Shown: positions 23,643 through 34,751, counted from the stretch's first letter. The stretch: 64,000 bases of DNA from TPA_inf: Saccharomyces (GCA_000146045.2 BK006938.2:192001-256000); one strand, 5' to 3'. Notes: generated from the sequence alone by a model not told the origin. A program made the numbers and translations.

Positions 23643-24528
23643 AAACCAATAGCATCTTACGATCGTTCGAGGTCTTATAAACCGTTTTATATAAATTATT
23701 CTTATACACGCACTCTTGAGTTTCTTTTAACATTCCAACATGATAGACATAGAAAAGAATTATAGATAACACATAACATTACTCACAAGTAGCCCATGAG
23801 TTTGATTTTTCCTCGTTAATTCGGTGTCAAGTGGAATACAAAATGGGTCAACTGATCATAACTATTACCCGGATAATCTACATCATGTGGTACGTTAACG
23901 ATGTATGGTTTCCTAAATCACCGGGTTCCAGATGCGGGTTGTTGTTGTTCGATCTTGCACCTCCACGTACTCCTTTTGAATAGTACACATATACCCTTAC
24001 AGGAGATCGGACGTGTGCGATTATTGTTACCTCGTCACCTGTTATCGGTTGAACTGTTTTAGCTCTTTCCATTCCCTTTGTTAATAGTAGTTTAATTCTT
24101 CGGAAACTTTCTACGCAGACTCAAGTTGCAATAGGCTAAAGATAAGGCAGACACTTTGTATGTAACGAGTTTCATTAGGAGGGATAGACGCACGACACTA
24201 TCTGGTACTACGTGTTATATCATACCCAGAAGGAAGGACTCTCTCCACTGAACGGTGGGATGAGTTCCTAAAGGCGCCCCTTTATTTGATCAGGAAGCCG
24301 TATTGATTATCTAATAGGGCCTAGTTATCCTAATTGTGGGGAGTCGAGCAGTACGGCTCTGATGTTTTTCGAACGAAGATAAGGAGTTGACATACAAAGT
24401 CAACAGAAGTTCTTCTTGTTAGCGTCTCTGTGCTCAATATCTCTCTTTTTTTCTTTAAGTAGTAATTACTAACATCAGCCAACCAATAGAGATAAAAAAA
24501 AAAGGAATTAAGATTTCATAGAGAAAAG

Positions 24529-25074
24529 ATGGGTCTATACGCTTCTAAGTTATTCAGCAATCTTTTTGGCAACAAAGAGATGCGTATACTTATGGTTGGT
24601 CTAGATGGTGCCGGTAAGACCACCGTTTTGTACAAGTTGAAGTTGGGCGAAGTTATCACTACCATTCCAACCATTGGTTTCAACGTTGAGACTGTCCAAT
24701 ATAAGAACATTTCCTTCACTGTCTGGGACGTCGGTGGACAAGACAGGATTAGATCTTTATGGAGACACTACTACAGAAACACCGAAGGTGTTATTTTTGT
24801 CATCGATTCCAACGATAGATCGCGTATTGGTGAAGCCAGAGAAGTCATGCAGAGAATGCTGAATGAAGATGAATTGAGAAATGCTGTCTGGTTAGTCTTC
24901 GCTAACAAACAAGATTTGCCAGAAGCCATGTCTGCTGCTGAAATCACCGAAAAATTAGGTTTACATTCTATTAGAAACCGTCCATGGTTTATCCAGTCTA
25001 CTTGTGCAACCTCGGGTGAAGGTCTGTACGAAGGTCTGGAGTGGTTAAGCAACAACTTGAAGAATCAATCCTAA
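24529..25074 (+). CDS. ARF2: ADP-ribosylation factor 2, 181 aa small GTPase
   Basis: [32 protein letters not shown]..., with N-myristoylation Gly2, P-loop [13 protein letters not shown] and NKQD motifs. The chromosome IV copy in this neighbourhood is ARF2 (ARF1 is YDL192W). Confidence 0.9.
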
Positions 25075-25313
25075 TCTAAATCTGTATAGAACGTTTAGTC
25101 ATGCGGACCTTGTGTGTTTTGTTTCTAGATTGTTTTATTTTTATGATTGTTGAAGATATAAACCACTGTATAGTTGTATAAGATAGGATAATGATGGTGC
25201 ACTGAAAATAAACTTACTAGCTCTTTAATATTGCAACGGCTTGTAACGGGCGCCATGATGACATTCAGAATTATACCACTACTATATGAAAAAATGAAAA
25301 GAGGCCCTGCTTT

Positions 25314-25327
25314 GAACCCGTACATTT
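25314..25327 (+). promoter_or_regulatory. Rap1-type site (gAACCCGTACATTT) in the RPL35B promoter
   Basis: Near match to ACACCCRYACAYM, about 275 bp upstream of the RPL35B ATG. Ribosomal-protein promoters typically carry paired Rap1 sites. Confidence 0.4.
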
Positions 25328-25417
25328 TATTCTATAATATTGCATCTGTGGTTTGCCTGACGGCAGCGAGTCCAACACAAAGTCTGGCATATGCTACGAA
25401 TTTTCCACCATGGATTC

Positions 25418-25433
25418 AGCACCCAAACATTTG
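25418..25433 (+). promoter_or_regulatory. Second, weaker Rap1-type site (cagCACCCAAACATTT) in the RPL35B promoter
   Basis: CACCCAAACATTT, about 170 bp upstream of the ATG and about 100 bp from the first site. Confidence 0.3.
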
Positions 25434-25599
25434 AATTTTTTTTCATGTCGATTGTGAAATTTTACTGAAGATGAGGGTAAATAGAGGCCTGCAATCGTCA
25501 TCATATGAGAAATGGATATATTGAAAATCTACTCACATCTCTTTTTTGGGGGTTTGGTAGTACAGTGAGAACACGATAAAGAACCAAATAGGACTAAAA

Positions 25600-25602
25600 A
25601 TG
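25600..25602 (+). CDS. RPL35B: RPL35B exon 1 (ATG only)
   Basis: ATG is followed immediately by the GTATGT donor at 25603. Exon 2 starts GCC GGC GTT AAA (AGVKAYELRTK...), giving the known Rpl35 N-terminus MAGVKAYELRTK. Confidence 0.85.
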
Positions 25603-26007
25603 GTATGTAGAGATGAATATACATGAAACGGACGTGATATAATGTGCTATGGAAGAAAAAAGTCTCCTTTAATGTCTGCAGGATAAATAATCAAGTGGTC
25701 TGAAGAAAATTTACAGCTACAGTATTACTGCAAACCTTGCAGGCAAATATCAGAGAGATCTCACCAGCTACAACTTGGTAACAGAAATTTATAAGTTTAT
25801 GGCACTTGTTAAAATTGTTTGGAAGTTTTCGAAATTATAATATTGGTCTTCAGAAACCTGGAACCACATGTGAACTATTTTTTTTGGATAATGCATTGCA
25901 CAGAGCGTATTAGTGTATACGAGAATCTAAAAATTTGAAACTGGCTCATAAAAACAGGAACTTTTACTAACAGTTATGATTTTTTGTTCCCATTTTCTTA
26001 TCAATAG
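25603..26007 (+). other. RPL35B: RPL35B intron (405 nt)
   Basis: 5' GTATGT at 25603, TACTAAC branch site at about 25964-25970, acceptor ...tcaatAG at 26006-26007. Confidence 0.85.
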
Positions 26008-26367
26008 GCCGGCGTTAAAGCTTACGAACTAAGAACCAAATCCAAGGAACAATTAGCTTCTCAATTGGTTGACTTGAAAAAGGAGTTGGCTGAATTGAAG
26101 GTCCAAAAGTTGTCCAGACCATCTTTGCCAAAGATCAAGACCGTCAGAAAGAGTATCGCCTGTGTCTTGACCGTCATCAACGAACAACAAAGAGAAGCTG
26201 TTAGACAATTATACAAGGGTAAGAAGTACCAACCAAAGGACTTGAGAGCCAAGAAGACCAGAGCTTTGAGAAGAGCTTTGACCAAATTCGAAGCTTCCCA
26301 AGTTACCGAAAAGCAAAGAAAGAAGCAAATCGCTTTCCCACAAAGAAAGTACGCTATCAAGGCTTAA
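26008..26367 (+). CDS. RPL35B: RPL35B exon 2; 60S ribosomal protein L35 (uL29), 120 aa total
   Basis: Reading frame AGVKAYELRTKSKEQLASQLVDLKKELAELKVQKLSRPSLPKIKTVRKSIA...KYAIKA, stop TAA 26365-26367. 1 + 119 codons gives 120 aa. Confidence 0.9.
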   Translation, partial: AGVKAYELRTKSKEQLASQLVDLKKELAELKVQKLSRPSLPKIKTVRKSIACVLTVINEQQREAVRQLYKGKKYQPKDLRAKKTRALRRALTKFEASQVTEKQRKKQIAFPQRKYAIKA

Positions 26368-26679
26368 TTTCGTTAGATTATCATTTTAATATTTGATTTT
26401 TGGATATAGTTTAATTTGTATTTTTTAAGAACACCAAACGGCAATTTATTTTATTAGTGATCTACTAGCTAAATCAATATACTACATTAAATTTTTATTT
26501 GCCATCTTTGTCATAGGATCCGACGTCATAATCAGTCAGGAGCCCTACCCCTATACTTCAATTTGAAATTAAGAAAAAAAAAGTGTAGTAGAACAGGAAA
26601 GTCGTATTAATCCATATGTAGATAAAGGTATGCTCTTGTTTATACAGGCCATATCTACATTGTGCATTTCAAGAACTTA

Positions 26680-27288
26680 TTATTTTTTGACAATTTCGAC
26701 CCCCCAATTTAAAGTCAAGTGGTTAGTTTTATCATCATCAATGAATTTTGATACGGCACTGTAGTTACCTCTTGCTAAAAACCCACTAGGTGCTTCACTT
26801 TCCGGTAGTTCCACCTCATAAAATGGTTTGGTCTTGGTATTAGGAGCATACGATCCCAAATGATCGTCTATCTTGTCAACGGCAATACCCGCTTTTTTGA
26901 TATACTGGACATATCGCAACCCTGTGATAATTTCATGTTGAACTTTGAACACAATCTTCAACTTATAAATAGAATTTTCTTTAATTTTGTATCTTTTAGA
27001 TGCCAGTTCTTTGATTGTCTTTTCGTTGGTAAGATCAAATGTGATAGGATTTGGTTCTGTATTGACTAGTAATTGAATTTTTTGAACAACCACCTTCCTT
27101 TTGTCACCGGGAAATTCCAATGGCAAGACGTCTGAACTTAGACCCAAAGACTCTTTCCATTTCGCCAAGGATTCGTCTTCAGCATCCAGATTTTTGTATT
27201 CGTCAACAGTTTTTTTGGCTGAAACTTTATACTGATCGTTGTTTCTCTCCTCTTCGAATTGACTAAAGTCGGTACTTTCTTCGGCCAT
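26680..27288 (-). CDS. RDI1: Rho GDP-dissociation inhibitor, 202 aa
   Basis: MAEESTDFSQFEEERNNDQYKVSAKKTVDEYKNLDAEDESLAKWKESLGL... with a RhoGDI fold. ATG at 27286-27288. Confidence 0.92.
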   Translation of the reverse strand: MAEESTDFSQFEEERNNDQYKVSAKKTVDEYKNLDAEDESLAKWKESLGLSSDVLPLEFPGDKRKVVVQKIQLLVNTEPNPITFDLTNEKTIKELASKRYKIKENSIYKLKIVFKVQHEIITGLRYVQYIKKAGIAVDKIDDHLGSYAPNTKTKPFYEVELPESEAPSGFLARGNYSAVSKFIDDDKTNHLTLNWGVEIVKK

Positions 27289-27661
27289 TATTCAGTTTTT
27301 CTCTAATAAAAAAGCTCAATACTCGAGTTATTCGTGTGGCTAGAAAAAGAATCAAAGTAATACAAGCAGCCTGAAGAATGGAAGTTCTTTCCACTCAATC
27401 TTTATAACGTTTCCCTGATCTATCGCGAAATTTAAACGATCGCGTTAGAGAACCGTTTCACCCGGAGTAATGATCAGAATGATTAAAGCGTTGGGGAGGA
27501 AAAAAAGCCTCGTATTGATTGATATATCTGAAGAATAATAAAAGAAGAAAATTTGCAAGGCAATTTGCAGTTTATTTTTGGCTAAATGTGTAATTAACTA
27601 TGATAATGGTAAAGGAGAAAAGTGAATATATATCTATATAGATGCATATATGTATACATAC

Positions 27662-28771
27662 TCATAAAAAGTAATCTGGCGTCTTTCTGCTGACGCTAGG
27701 TTCACCTGGTCTTACGGATGGGTCGTACTGTAAGAATTGTCTATTATGATTCTCGTCCACTTCCATGATAGCTGCTTGATTACCACATCTGTAGCAGTAA
27801 TTAGGAGCACTGAAAATGGTGACAACATTTTGCTGGTGAGACCAAGCATAGCCTTCCATTACCAATTGGTGAGCTCTTGCTATTAGTGATAGATCATTAG
27901 TGTGATTGAATTGCTCACTGACATCTTGTCCAAAAGTGAAGCCTGCACCTCTGGGACTGATTCCCCATCCGCCTCTATCGTCAGGGTCTGACCATAGAAG
28001 GTCACACATAGGACCTTCATGAGGCACTTCCTGTATTCTGTTCAACTCTCTCACCTGATCTATGGTTTCTATCATGGGGGAAAGTCCTCCATGCAGACAG
28101 AAAATTTTATTATCTACTAATGCGGTTATAGGAAAATAATCGAAAAGATCTGTGAACATTTTCCACACGTTTGCACTGCCGTACTTTCTCAAACATTCAT
28201 CATAAAACCCGTATACTTGGGTAATCTGCCTAGACTCGTGATTGCCTCTCAGTATCGTAATTCTATGTGGGTATCTGACTTTCATGGCAACTAGGTAAGA
28301 TACAGTTTCAACAGAATAATATCCTCTATCCACGTAATCACCCATGAAAAGGTAATTGGTGTCAGGACAAGGGCCACCAATCTTAAAAAGTTCTAACAAG
28401 TCATGGAATTGACCGTGTACGTCACCACAAATGGTAACAGGCACGTTAATTGGTTTAACATTCTCCTCGAACTGCAACACGTCCACCGCCATTTTACATA
28501 GTCGTGCTACATCGTCTTCTGATAGTGGCTCGCATTTACTCAAATGCTCAATCCATTGGTCAAGCTGATTTATATTTGTGTTATTCAGTTCTAGTGGTTT
28601 GGAAGATTTGTGATCTGCTATGCCCGAGGAACCAGGTTTTAAATCATCAACCGAGAATTCTTCTGCATTATTATCCGATGAATTGTTGTTGAGATCCATA
28701 TCTTCAGATACTGTGGGAGTCAGCTGTTCGGTAACAGCATCTTGCATAGGCACATCTAAATCTGTATCCAT
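27662..28771 (-). CDS. PPH21: Protein phosphatase 2A catalytic subunit, 369 aa
   Basis: PPP-family motifs GDVHGQ, GDYVDRG, GNHE, and the C-terminal TPDYFL tail. N-terminal extension of about 60 aa. ATG at 28769-28771. The chromosome IV position in this block identifies it as PPH21, not PPH22. Confidence 0.93.
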   Translation of the reverse strand: MDTDLDVPMQDAVTEQLTPTVSEDMDLNNNSSDNNAEEFSVDDLKPGSSGIADHKSSKPLELNNTNINQLDQWIEHLSKCEPLSEDDVARLCKMAVDVLQFEENVKPINVPVTICGDVHGQFHDLLELFKIGGPCPDTNYLFMGDYVDRGYYSVETVSYLVAMKVRYPHRITILRGNHESRQITQVYGFYDECLRKYGSANVWKMFTDLFDYFPITALVDNKIFCLHGGLSPMIETIDQVRELNRIQEVPHEGPMCDLLWSDPDDRGGWGISPRGAGFTFGQDVSEQFNHTNDLSLIARAHQLVMEGYAWSHQQNVVTIFSAPNYCYRCGNQAAIMEVDENHNRQFLQYDPSVRPGEPSVSRKTPDYFL

Positions 28772-29723
28772 TTTTCTTTTTGTTTATTGTTTTATGCGAT
28801 AATTTATATCCCTCTTTCCACTATGAACTAAATAGGGGCAAAATAATTTGTTTTTTTCTTTCTCTTTTGCCTTATTTCAAAAAACACAACCGGTAAAATT
28901 AACAGTTTAAAATTAGATAATAACTCTATTCAACCTGAACTCACTAAACTCTTACTAAATTACTGGTAAGGAAAGAAAACTAGGGGAAGACGAGTGAAAA
29001 AAGAGCAGTCCAACAGGTGTATTTCTAAGAAGAATAAAACACTTTTTGTAAATATCGTGTCCACTGGGGCAATTTAATTTACACTAAAACTAATTGGAGT
29101 ATGTGTATATCAAAATCAATGAAAGTGCAGCGTCTGATTCACTAATTACCTCCTTTACTGTGAAACGGTGCGTCGAAAGGAACCTGTAACAAAAACCTGC
29201 TAAAAAGAATGCCGAACTAATGTAATCCGGAAAACTATTTCTACTACTATGTGTTAGTCGATTAAAATAGCCGAAAATCTTTCAAGCACGACAGAAAGAT
29301 TCATTATCATTCTCCATTTCACAGGTATTCCATTTTCCGTTCATTTTTTCACTTTTTGATTTTATCCTTAAAACCCGCCCGGTTCATCACTTTGCACGCC
29401 ACAGAAACCTCAGAATAAGCTAAAGGGTAATATAATAAAGCCCTTCGATTCAATAATAGCATTACCCAAGAGGCATAGCGGCAAACTAAGTTGACAACAC
29501 AAAATCAAATCGCTTCATTTTTATTTTATTAATGATATTTTATTAGAGAGGAAATTATGTAATATCTAGATATTAAATATAAAGTAGATCTCTGTCTAAA
29601 ATATTCTTAACAAAATCTTATATTCGAAAGGATGACGGTCCAATCAAAGGATTGTATAAGAGAAATTAGTTTTCGAAATCAATTTTTACTTGACCTGAAC
29701 TTAACGATTTGCTCTCAATCCGC

Positions 29724-29801
29724 TTATTTGGATCTGGCTCTCACCTTCCGTCTCTTTCTCTTAAGTCTTCTAGTTCTCTTCTTTCTCCACTTAGCTCTCA
29801 T
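29724..29801 (-). CDS. RPL41B: Ribosomal protein L41 (eL41), 25 aa
   Basis: The reverse complement of 29724-29801 reads ATGAGAGCTAAGTGGAGAAAGAAGAGAACTAGAAGACTTAAGAGAAAGAGACGGAAGGTGAGAGCCAGATCCAAATAA, encoding [25 protein letters not shown]. Not in the ORF track because it is under 60 aa. Confidence 0.9.
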
Positions 29802-30134
29802 TTGGAATTAAGTCGATATGACTATCTTAGGATTGAAGTAAAATATAAGATGAAAACAGAAAACAAGCGAAATTTCAAAGAGAGAAGTGAAACAATAATG
29901 ACGGATAACAATTATTTAACATTCAGAAATATTACATTCGTTAACTCTCCATATATATAAATCACCCCAGCAGAGGAAGATGGGATTTCTGCCAGCAATG
30001 ATGACGGGTAAATGGATAGCATCGCAGCTGCGACACCTTTTCCATGGTGCGACACGCGTCGTACAATGACCTAAAAATCCTAAAATAAAATAAGATGAAT
30101 CTAATAAGGAAAGGTACTGGTGAAATGAGATAAG

Positions 30135-30147
30135 GGTGTACGGGTGT
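30135..30147 (-). promoter_or_regulatory. Rap1 site (ACACCCGTACACC on the minus strand) upstream of RPL41B
   Basis: The reverse complement of ggtgtacgggtgt is a perfect match to ACACCCRYACAYM, oriented with RPL41B and about 335 bp upstream of its ATG. An adjacent overlapping gggtgt half-repeat is present. Confidence 0.45.
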
Positions 30148-30426
30148 GGTAACCGTCGTGAAATAAAGAAAGCATTCTGAACGATGAATACTAAATAAGG
30201 GAAAGTGGAAATAAACGAAGTGTCGAAAGAGGAGAAGAGGTCTTGGCTTTCATATAGTGGAAGAAATTCTAAGCTACAACACAAAGTCTCCAACCACCTT
30301 TTGTTTAGTCAATTATAAAAATACTTTGATTGCTATTTCGAAACCGTGAGATTGCTGAGAAGGGAAAGTGAATGATATTTTTTTGCATTTTTTGAGGCGT
30401 TCTTTTTTTTTACACTGACAAATTTA

Positions 30427-31740
30427 ATGGGGGATTCTAATTCCAGCCAAGAAGCGTATTCTGATACAACATCCACGAACGCTTCTAGAATCGCAGATCA
30501 AAATCAACTTAATTTAAACGTGGATCTTGAAAAAAATCAAACAGTAAGGAAGTCAGGTTCACTGGAAGCATTACAGAATGCAAAGATACATGTTCCCAAA
30601 CACAGTGATGGTTCACCACTAGACTATCCAAAATTAAATACTTACACGTTTGTGCCTACCACAGTGCCGCCTTATGTTTTAGAGGCGCAGTTTGATAAAT
30701 TAAGACTTCAGGATAAGGGCACCGTTGATGGAAATGTTACCGATGATAAAAATCTTCCAAAAGAGTTTAAATGGGGCCAGTTTGCATCTACCATCGGCTG
30801 TCATTCTGCATACACTAGAGACCAAAACTACAATCCTAGTCACAAATCCTACGATGGTTACTCTCTATCATCATCTACCTCATCAAAAAATGCGGCTCTT
30901 AGAGAAATTTTAGGTGACATGTGCAGCGAGTGGGGAGGTGAAGAACGACTAGAAGGTGTTCTACATTCAGAAATAGGTGCCAATTTAGAGTTCAACACGA
31001 CAGAAGAGAGAAAAGAGTGGTTACAATATATCGAAAAGGTAAAAGATTTCTATTACGGTGATAATAAGAAGAACCCAGAATCACCCGAATCAGTACACAA
31101 CAAAGTTTACAAGTCAGATTGGGTAAATGAGCTCAATAAAGAGAGAGAAAAGTGGCGGAGGTTAAAGCAAAGGAAGTTACAACAGTGGAGACCTCCTTTG
31201 ACGTCGCTATTACTTGATAATCAATATTTGATTTTGGGTTTGAGGATTTTCACTGGTATATTATCGTGCATTTCACTTGCTCTGGCAATCAAGATTTTTC
31301 AAAACTCAAGATCAAATAACACCATCAGTGAAAGTAAAATCGGGCAACAACCAAGCACCATAATGGCCATCTGCGTCAACGCCGTGGCGATTGCGTATAT
31401 TATTTACATTGCACACGATGAATTTGCTGGTAAACCTGTTGGTTTGAGGAATCCGTTAAGCAAACTGAAACTAATTTTGTTGGACTTACTTTTTATAATT
31501 TTTTCAAGCGCTAATCTAGCGCTGGCATTTAATACTCGTTTCGACAAAGAGTGGGTTTGCACTTCTATTCGCAGGTCAAATGGAAGCACGTATGGATACC
31601 CAAAAATACCGCGTATCTGCAGAAAACAGGAAGCTTTATCCGCTTTTCTGTTCGTTGCCTTGTTTATGTGGGTAATCACTTTCTCGATCAGTATTGTTAG
31701 AGTAGTCGAAAAAGTCAGTTCAATTACCAACAGAAACTGA
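30427..31740 (+). CDS. SRF1: Srf1 (YDL133W), membrane protein, regulator of phospholipase D Spo14, 437 aa
   Basis: ATG at 30427 and a 437-aa ORF with several C-terminal TM helices. Position between RPL41B and CDC53 matches known chromosome IV gene order. Confidence 0.85.
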   Translation: MGDSNSSQEAYSDTTSTNASRIADQNQLNLNVDLEKNQTVRKSGSLEALQNAKIHVPKHSDGSPLDYPKLNTYTFVPTTVPPYVLEAQFDKLRLQDKGTVDGNVTDDKNLPKEFKWGQFASTIGCHSAYTRDQNYNPSHKSYDGYSLSSSTSSKNAALREILGDMCSEWGGEERLEGVLHSEIGANLEFNTTEERKEWLQYIEKVKDFYYGDNKKNPESPESVHNKVYKSDWVNELNKEREKWRRLKQRKLQQWRPPLTSLLLDNQYLILGLRIFTGILSCISLALAIKIFQNSRSNNTISESKIGQQPSTIMAICVNAVAIAYIIYIAHDEFAGKPVGLRNPLSKLKLILLDLLFIIFSSANLALAFNTRFDKEWVCTSIRRSNGSTYGYPKIPRICRKQEALSAFLFVALFMWVITFSISIVRVVEKVSSITNRN

Positions 31741-32303
31741 GCTCGACAAATATAGAAATTAAAAGAATTCTTTTAGATACCAAGATTGACATTTATATGC
31801 ATTGTATATTTTTGACTTAAAAAATTACTCCGGCTTGGCATTTATTCATTAACGGCGGGTTTGATTATATTAGGCTTTGTGCGATATAATATGTATTACC
31901 CGAAGGGAGGGCTATTGCACTTTCTTTTCCTTTCCGTTTTAAGGGCCCTTTTTCATTTCGATGTTTGATGGACACACATGAAGTGAAATGTGGCAAATAG
32001 AACATCTAGAAAAACTAGGGCATTAGGTAAAGTACCCCAGCAGAACTTCACTTTACAACGCAATTGATTCATATCACTGCTCTTTTATATTGTCCTTTTT
32101 CTCTTTTAGAGCTTTTCATCCGCATCTTCTAACTTCTGTGCACCCCTTTCATTGTTGATTACATTTTACCTCAGTTACACATTTCTTTTAGCAATTCGAC
32201 ATTGCTTCTACTTACCGATAAATAAGCGTACATTTTTGAGTCTTGAAAGGATTCTTACATATACCTAAACAAAGAATAACAACAAAATCGCAAGCAGCAA
32301 AGC

Positions 32304-34751
32304 ATGTCTGAGACTCTGCCTAGATCTGATGATTTAGAGGCCACTTGGAACTTTATAGAGCCAGGAATTAACCAAATACTGGGTAATGAGAAAAACCAAG
32401 CATCCACGTCTAAGCGAGTTTACAAAATTCTTTCTCCAACCATGTATATGGAAGTCTATACCGCAATTTATAACTACTGTGTGAACAAATCACGCTCGTC
32501 TGGACATTTTAGTACTGACAGTAGAACTGGCCAATCAACAATTTTGGTTGGCAGTGAGATTTACGAAAAGTTAAAGAATTATTTGAAGAATTACATTTTA
32601 AATTTTAAGCAGTCTAATTCAGAGACCTTTTTGCAGTTTTACGTCAAGCGCTGGAAAAGGTTTACAATAGGTGCCATTTTTTTAAACCATGCATTCGATT
32701 ATATGAATAGATATTGGGTTCAAAAGGAAAGAAGTGACGGCAAAAGGCATATTTTTGATGTAAACACCTTGTGCTTGATGACATGGAAAGAAGTCATGTT
32801 TGATCCGAGTAAAGATGTTTTAATAAACGAATTATTAGACCAGGTAACCTTGGGAAGGGAGGGGCAAATAATTCAAAGAAGTAATATTAGCACTGCCATA
32901 AAGTCTTTAGTTGCACTAGGTATCGATCCACAGGATTTGAAAAAGTTGAACCTAAATGTCTACATCCAAGTTTTCGAAAAGCCATTTTTAAAGAAGACTC
33001 AGGAGTACTACACGCAATATACAAACGATTATTTAGAGAAACACTCGGTAACTGAGTATATTTTTGAAGCACATGAAATCATCAAACGTGAGGAAAAAGC
33101 AATGACAATATATTGGGATGATCATACAAAAAAACCACTATCCATGGCATTAAACAAGGTCTTGATCACAGACCATATTGAAAAGTTGGAAAATGAGTTT
33201 GTTGTCCTTCTGGATGCCAGAGATATTGAAAAAATTACTTCTTTGTACGCACTAATACGCAGAGACTTTACATTAATCCCAAGAATGGCTTCAGTGTTTG
33301 AAAATTATGTTAAAAAGACAGGTGAGAATGAAATTTCGAGTCTACTGGCAATGCATAAACACAATATTATGAAAAACGAAAACGCAAACCCTAAAAAACT
33401 AGCACTAATGACAGCTCACTCCCTTTCTCCTAAAGACTATATCAAGAAATTACTGGAAGTACACGATATATTCTCTAAGATTTTTAATGAAAGTTTCCCC
33501 GACGACATACCTTTAGCTAAAGCTCTAGATAATGCGTGTGGTGCTTTCATCAACATCAACGAGTTCGCATTACCTGCTGGATCTCCAAAAAGTGCCACCT
33601 CGAAGACTTCCGAGATGCTAGCTAAGTACAGTGATATACTATTAAAGAAGGCCACCAAACCTGAAGTGGCAAGTGACATGTCAGATGAAGATATTATAAC
33701 AATATTCAAATATTTGACCGACAAAGATGCGTTCGAAACTCATTATAGAAGACTTTTCGCCAAGCGTTTAATTCATGGCACTTCAACATCAGCAGAAGAC
33801 GAAGAAAATATTATTCAAAGGCTGCAAGCGGCAAATAGTATGGAATATACAGGCAAGATAACTAAAATGTTTCAAGATATTAGACTTTCCAAGATCTTGG
33901 AAGACGATTTTGCTGTCGCCCTGAAGAATGAACCAGATTACTCTAAAGCAAAATATCCAGATCTACAACCATTTGTATTGGCAGAAAATATGTGGCCATT
34001 TTCATACCAAGAAGTTGAATTTAAGCTACCCAAGGAATTGGTACCATCTCACGAAAAATTGAAGGAGTCATACAGCCAAAAGCATAATGGTAGAATATTG
34101 AAGTGGCTATGGCCATTATGTCGTGGCGAATTGAAGGCAGATATTGGAAAACCCGGCAGGATGCCGTTCAACTTTACGGTAACACTGTTTCAAATGGCAA
34201 TTTTGCTACTATATAACGATGCTGATGTATTAACCTTAGAAAATATTCAAGAGGGCACGAGCTTAACCATTCAGCACATCGCAGCGGCAATGGTACCATT
34301 CATCAAATTCAAACTGATTCAACAGGTCCCACCAGGGCTAGATGCTCTCGTGAAACCTGAAACACAATTCAAGCTATCACGTCCTTATAAGGCGCTTAAG
34401 ACCAATATTAATTTCGCTAGCGGAGTCAAAAACGACATTCTGCAATCGCTATCCGGTGGAGGCCACGATAATCACGGTAATAAGTTAGGAAACAAACGCT
34501 TGACGGAAGACGAAAGAATAGAAAAAGAATTGAATACAGAAAGGCAGATTTTCTTGGAAGCTTGTATTGTGAGAATAATGAAAGCGAAAAGAAATCTGCC
34601 ACATACAACATTGGTCAACGAATGCATTGCGCAATCACACCAAAGGTTCAATGCAAAGGTTTCTATGGTCAAGAGAGCCATCGATAGCTTAATACAAAAG
34701 GGATACCTACAGAGGGGAGACGATGGTGAATCGTATGCTTACCTTGCTTAA
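32304..34751 (+). CDS. CDC53: Cullin Cdc53 (SCF scaffold), 815 aa
   Basis: Cullin-homology and winged-helix C-terminus (...IVRIMKAKRNLPHTTLVNECIAQSHQRFNAKVSMVKRAIDSLIQKGYLQRGDDGESYAYLA) with the Rub1/neddylation lysine in IVRIMKAK. 815 aa. Confidence 0.95.
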   Translation: MSETLPRSDDLEATWNFIEPGINQILGNEKNQASTSKRVYKILSPTMYMEVYTAIYNYCVNKSRSSGHFSTDSRTGQSTILVGSEIYEKLKNYLKNYILNFKQSNSETFLQFYVKRWKRFTIGAIFLNHAFDYMNRYWVQKERSDGKRHIFDVNTLCLMTWKEVMFDPSKDVLINELLDQVTLGREGQIIQRSNISTAIKSLVALGIDPQDLKKLNLNVYIQVFEKPFLKKTQEYYTQYTNDYLEKHSVTEYIFEAHEIIKREEKAMTIYWDDHTKKPLSMALNKVLITDHIEKLENEFVVLLDARDIEKITSLYALIRRDFTLIPRMASVFENYVKKTGENEISSLLAMHKHNIMKNENANPKKLALMTAHSLSPKDYIKKLLEVHDIFSKIFNESFPDDIPLAKALDNACGAFININEFALPAGSPKSATSKTSEMLAKYSDILLKKATKPEVASDMSDEDIITIFKYLTDKDAFETHYRRLFAKRLIHGTSTSAEDEENIIQRLQAANSMEYTGKITKMFQDIRLSKILEDDFAVALKNEPDYSKAKYPDLQPFVLAENMWPFSYQEVEFKLPKELVPSHEKLKESYSQKHNGRILKWLWPLCRGELKADIGKPGRMPFNFTVTLFQMAILLLYNDADVLTLENIQEGTSLTIQHIAAAMVPFIKFKLIQQVPPGLDALVKPETQFKLSRPYKALKTNINFASGVKNDILQSLSGGGHDNHGNKLGNKRLTEDERIEKELNTERQIFLEACIVRIMKAKRNLPHTTLVNECIAQSHQRFNAKVSMVKRAIDSLIQKGYLQRGDDGESYAYLA

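Noticed and set aside
24073-24528. Looked for tRNA genes, Ty LTRs (TGTTG...CAACA delta ends) and snoRNAs in the larger intergenic regions (20119-21350, 23643-24528, 28772-29723, 39900-40651, 41888-42926, 55683-56580)
   Set aside because: I could not find cloverleaf-compatible segments with A/B-box spacing or LTR-like terminal inverted repeats, and recall no tRNA, Ty or snoRNA annotated in this stretch. Without a covariance-model scan this is not definitive.
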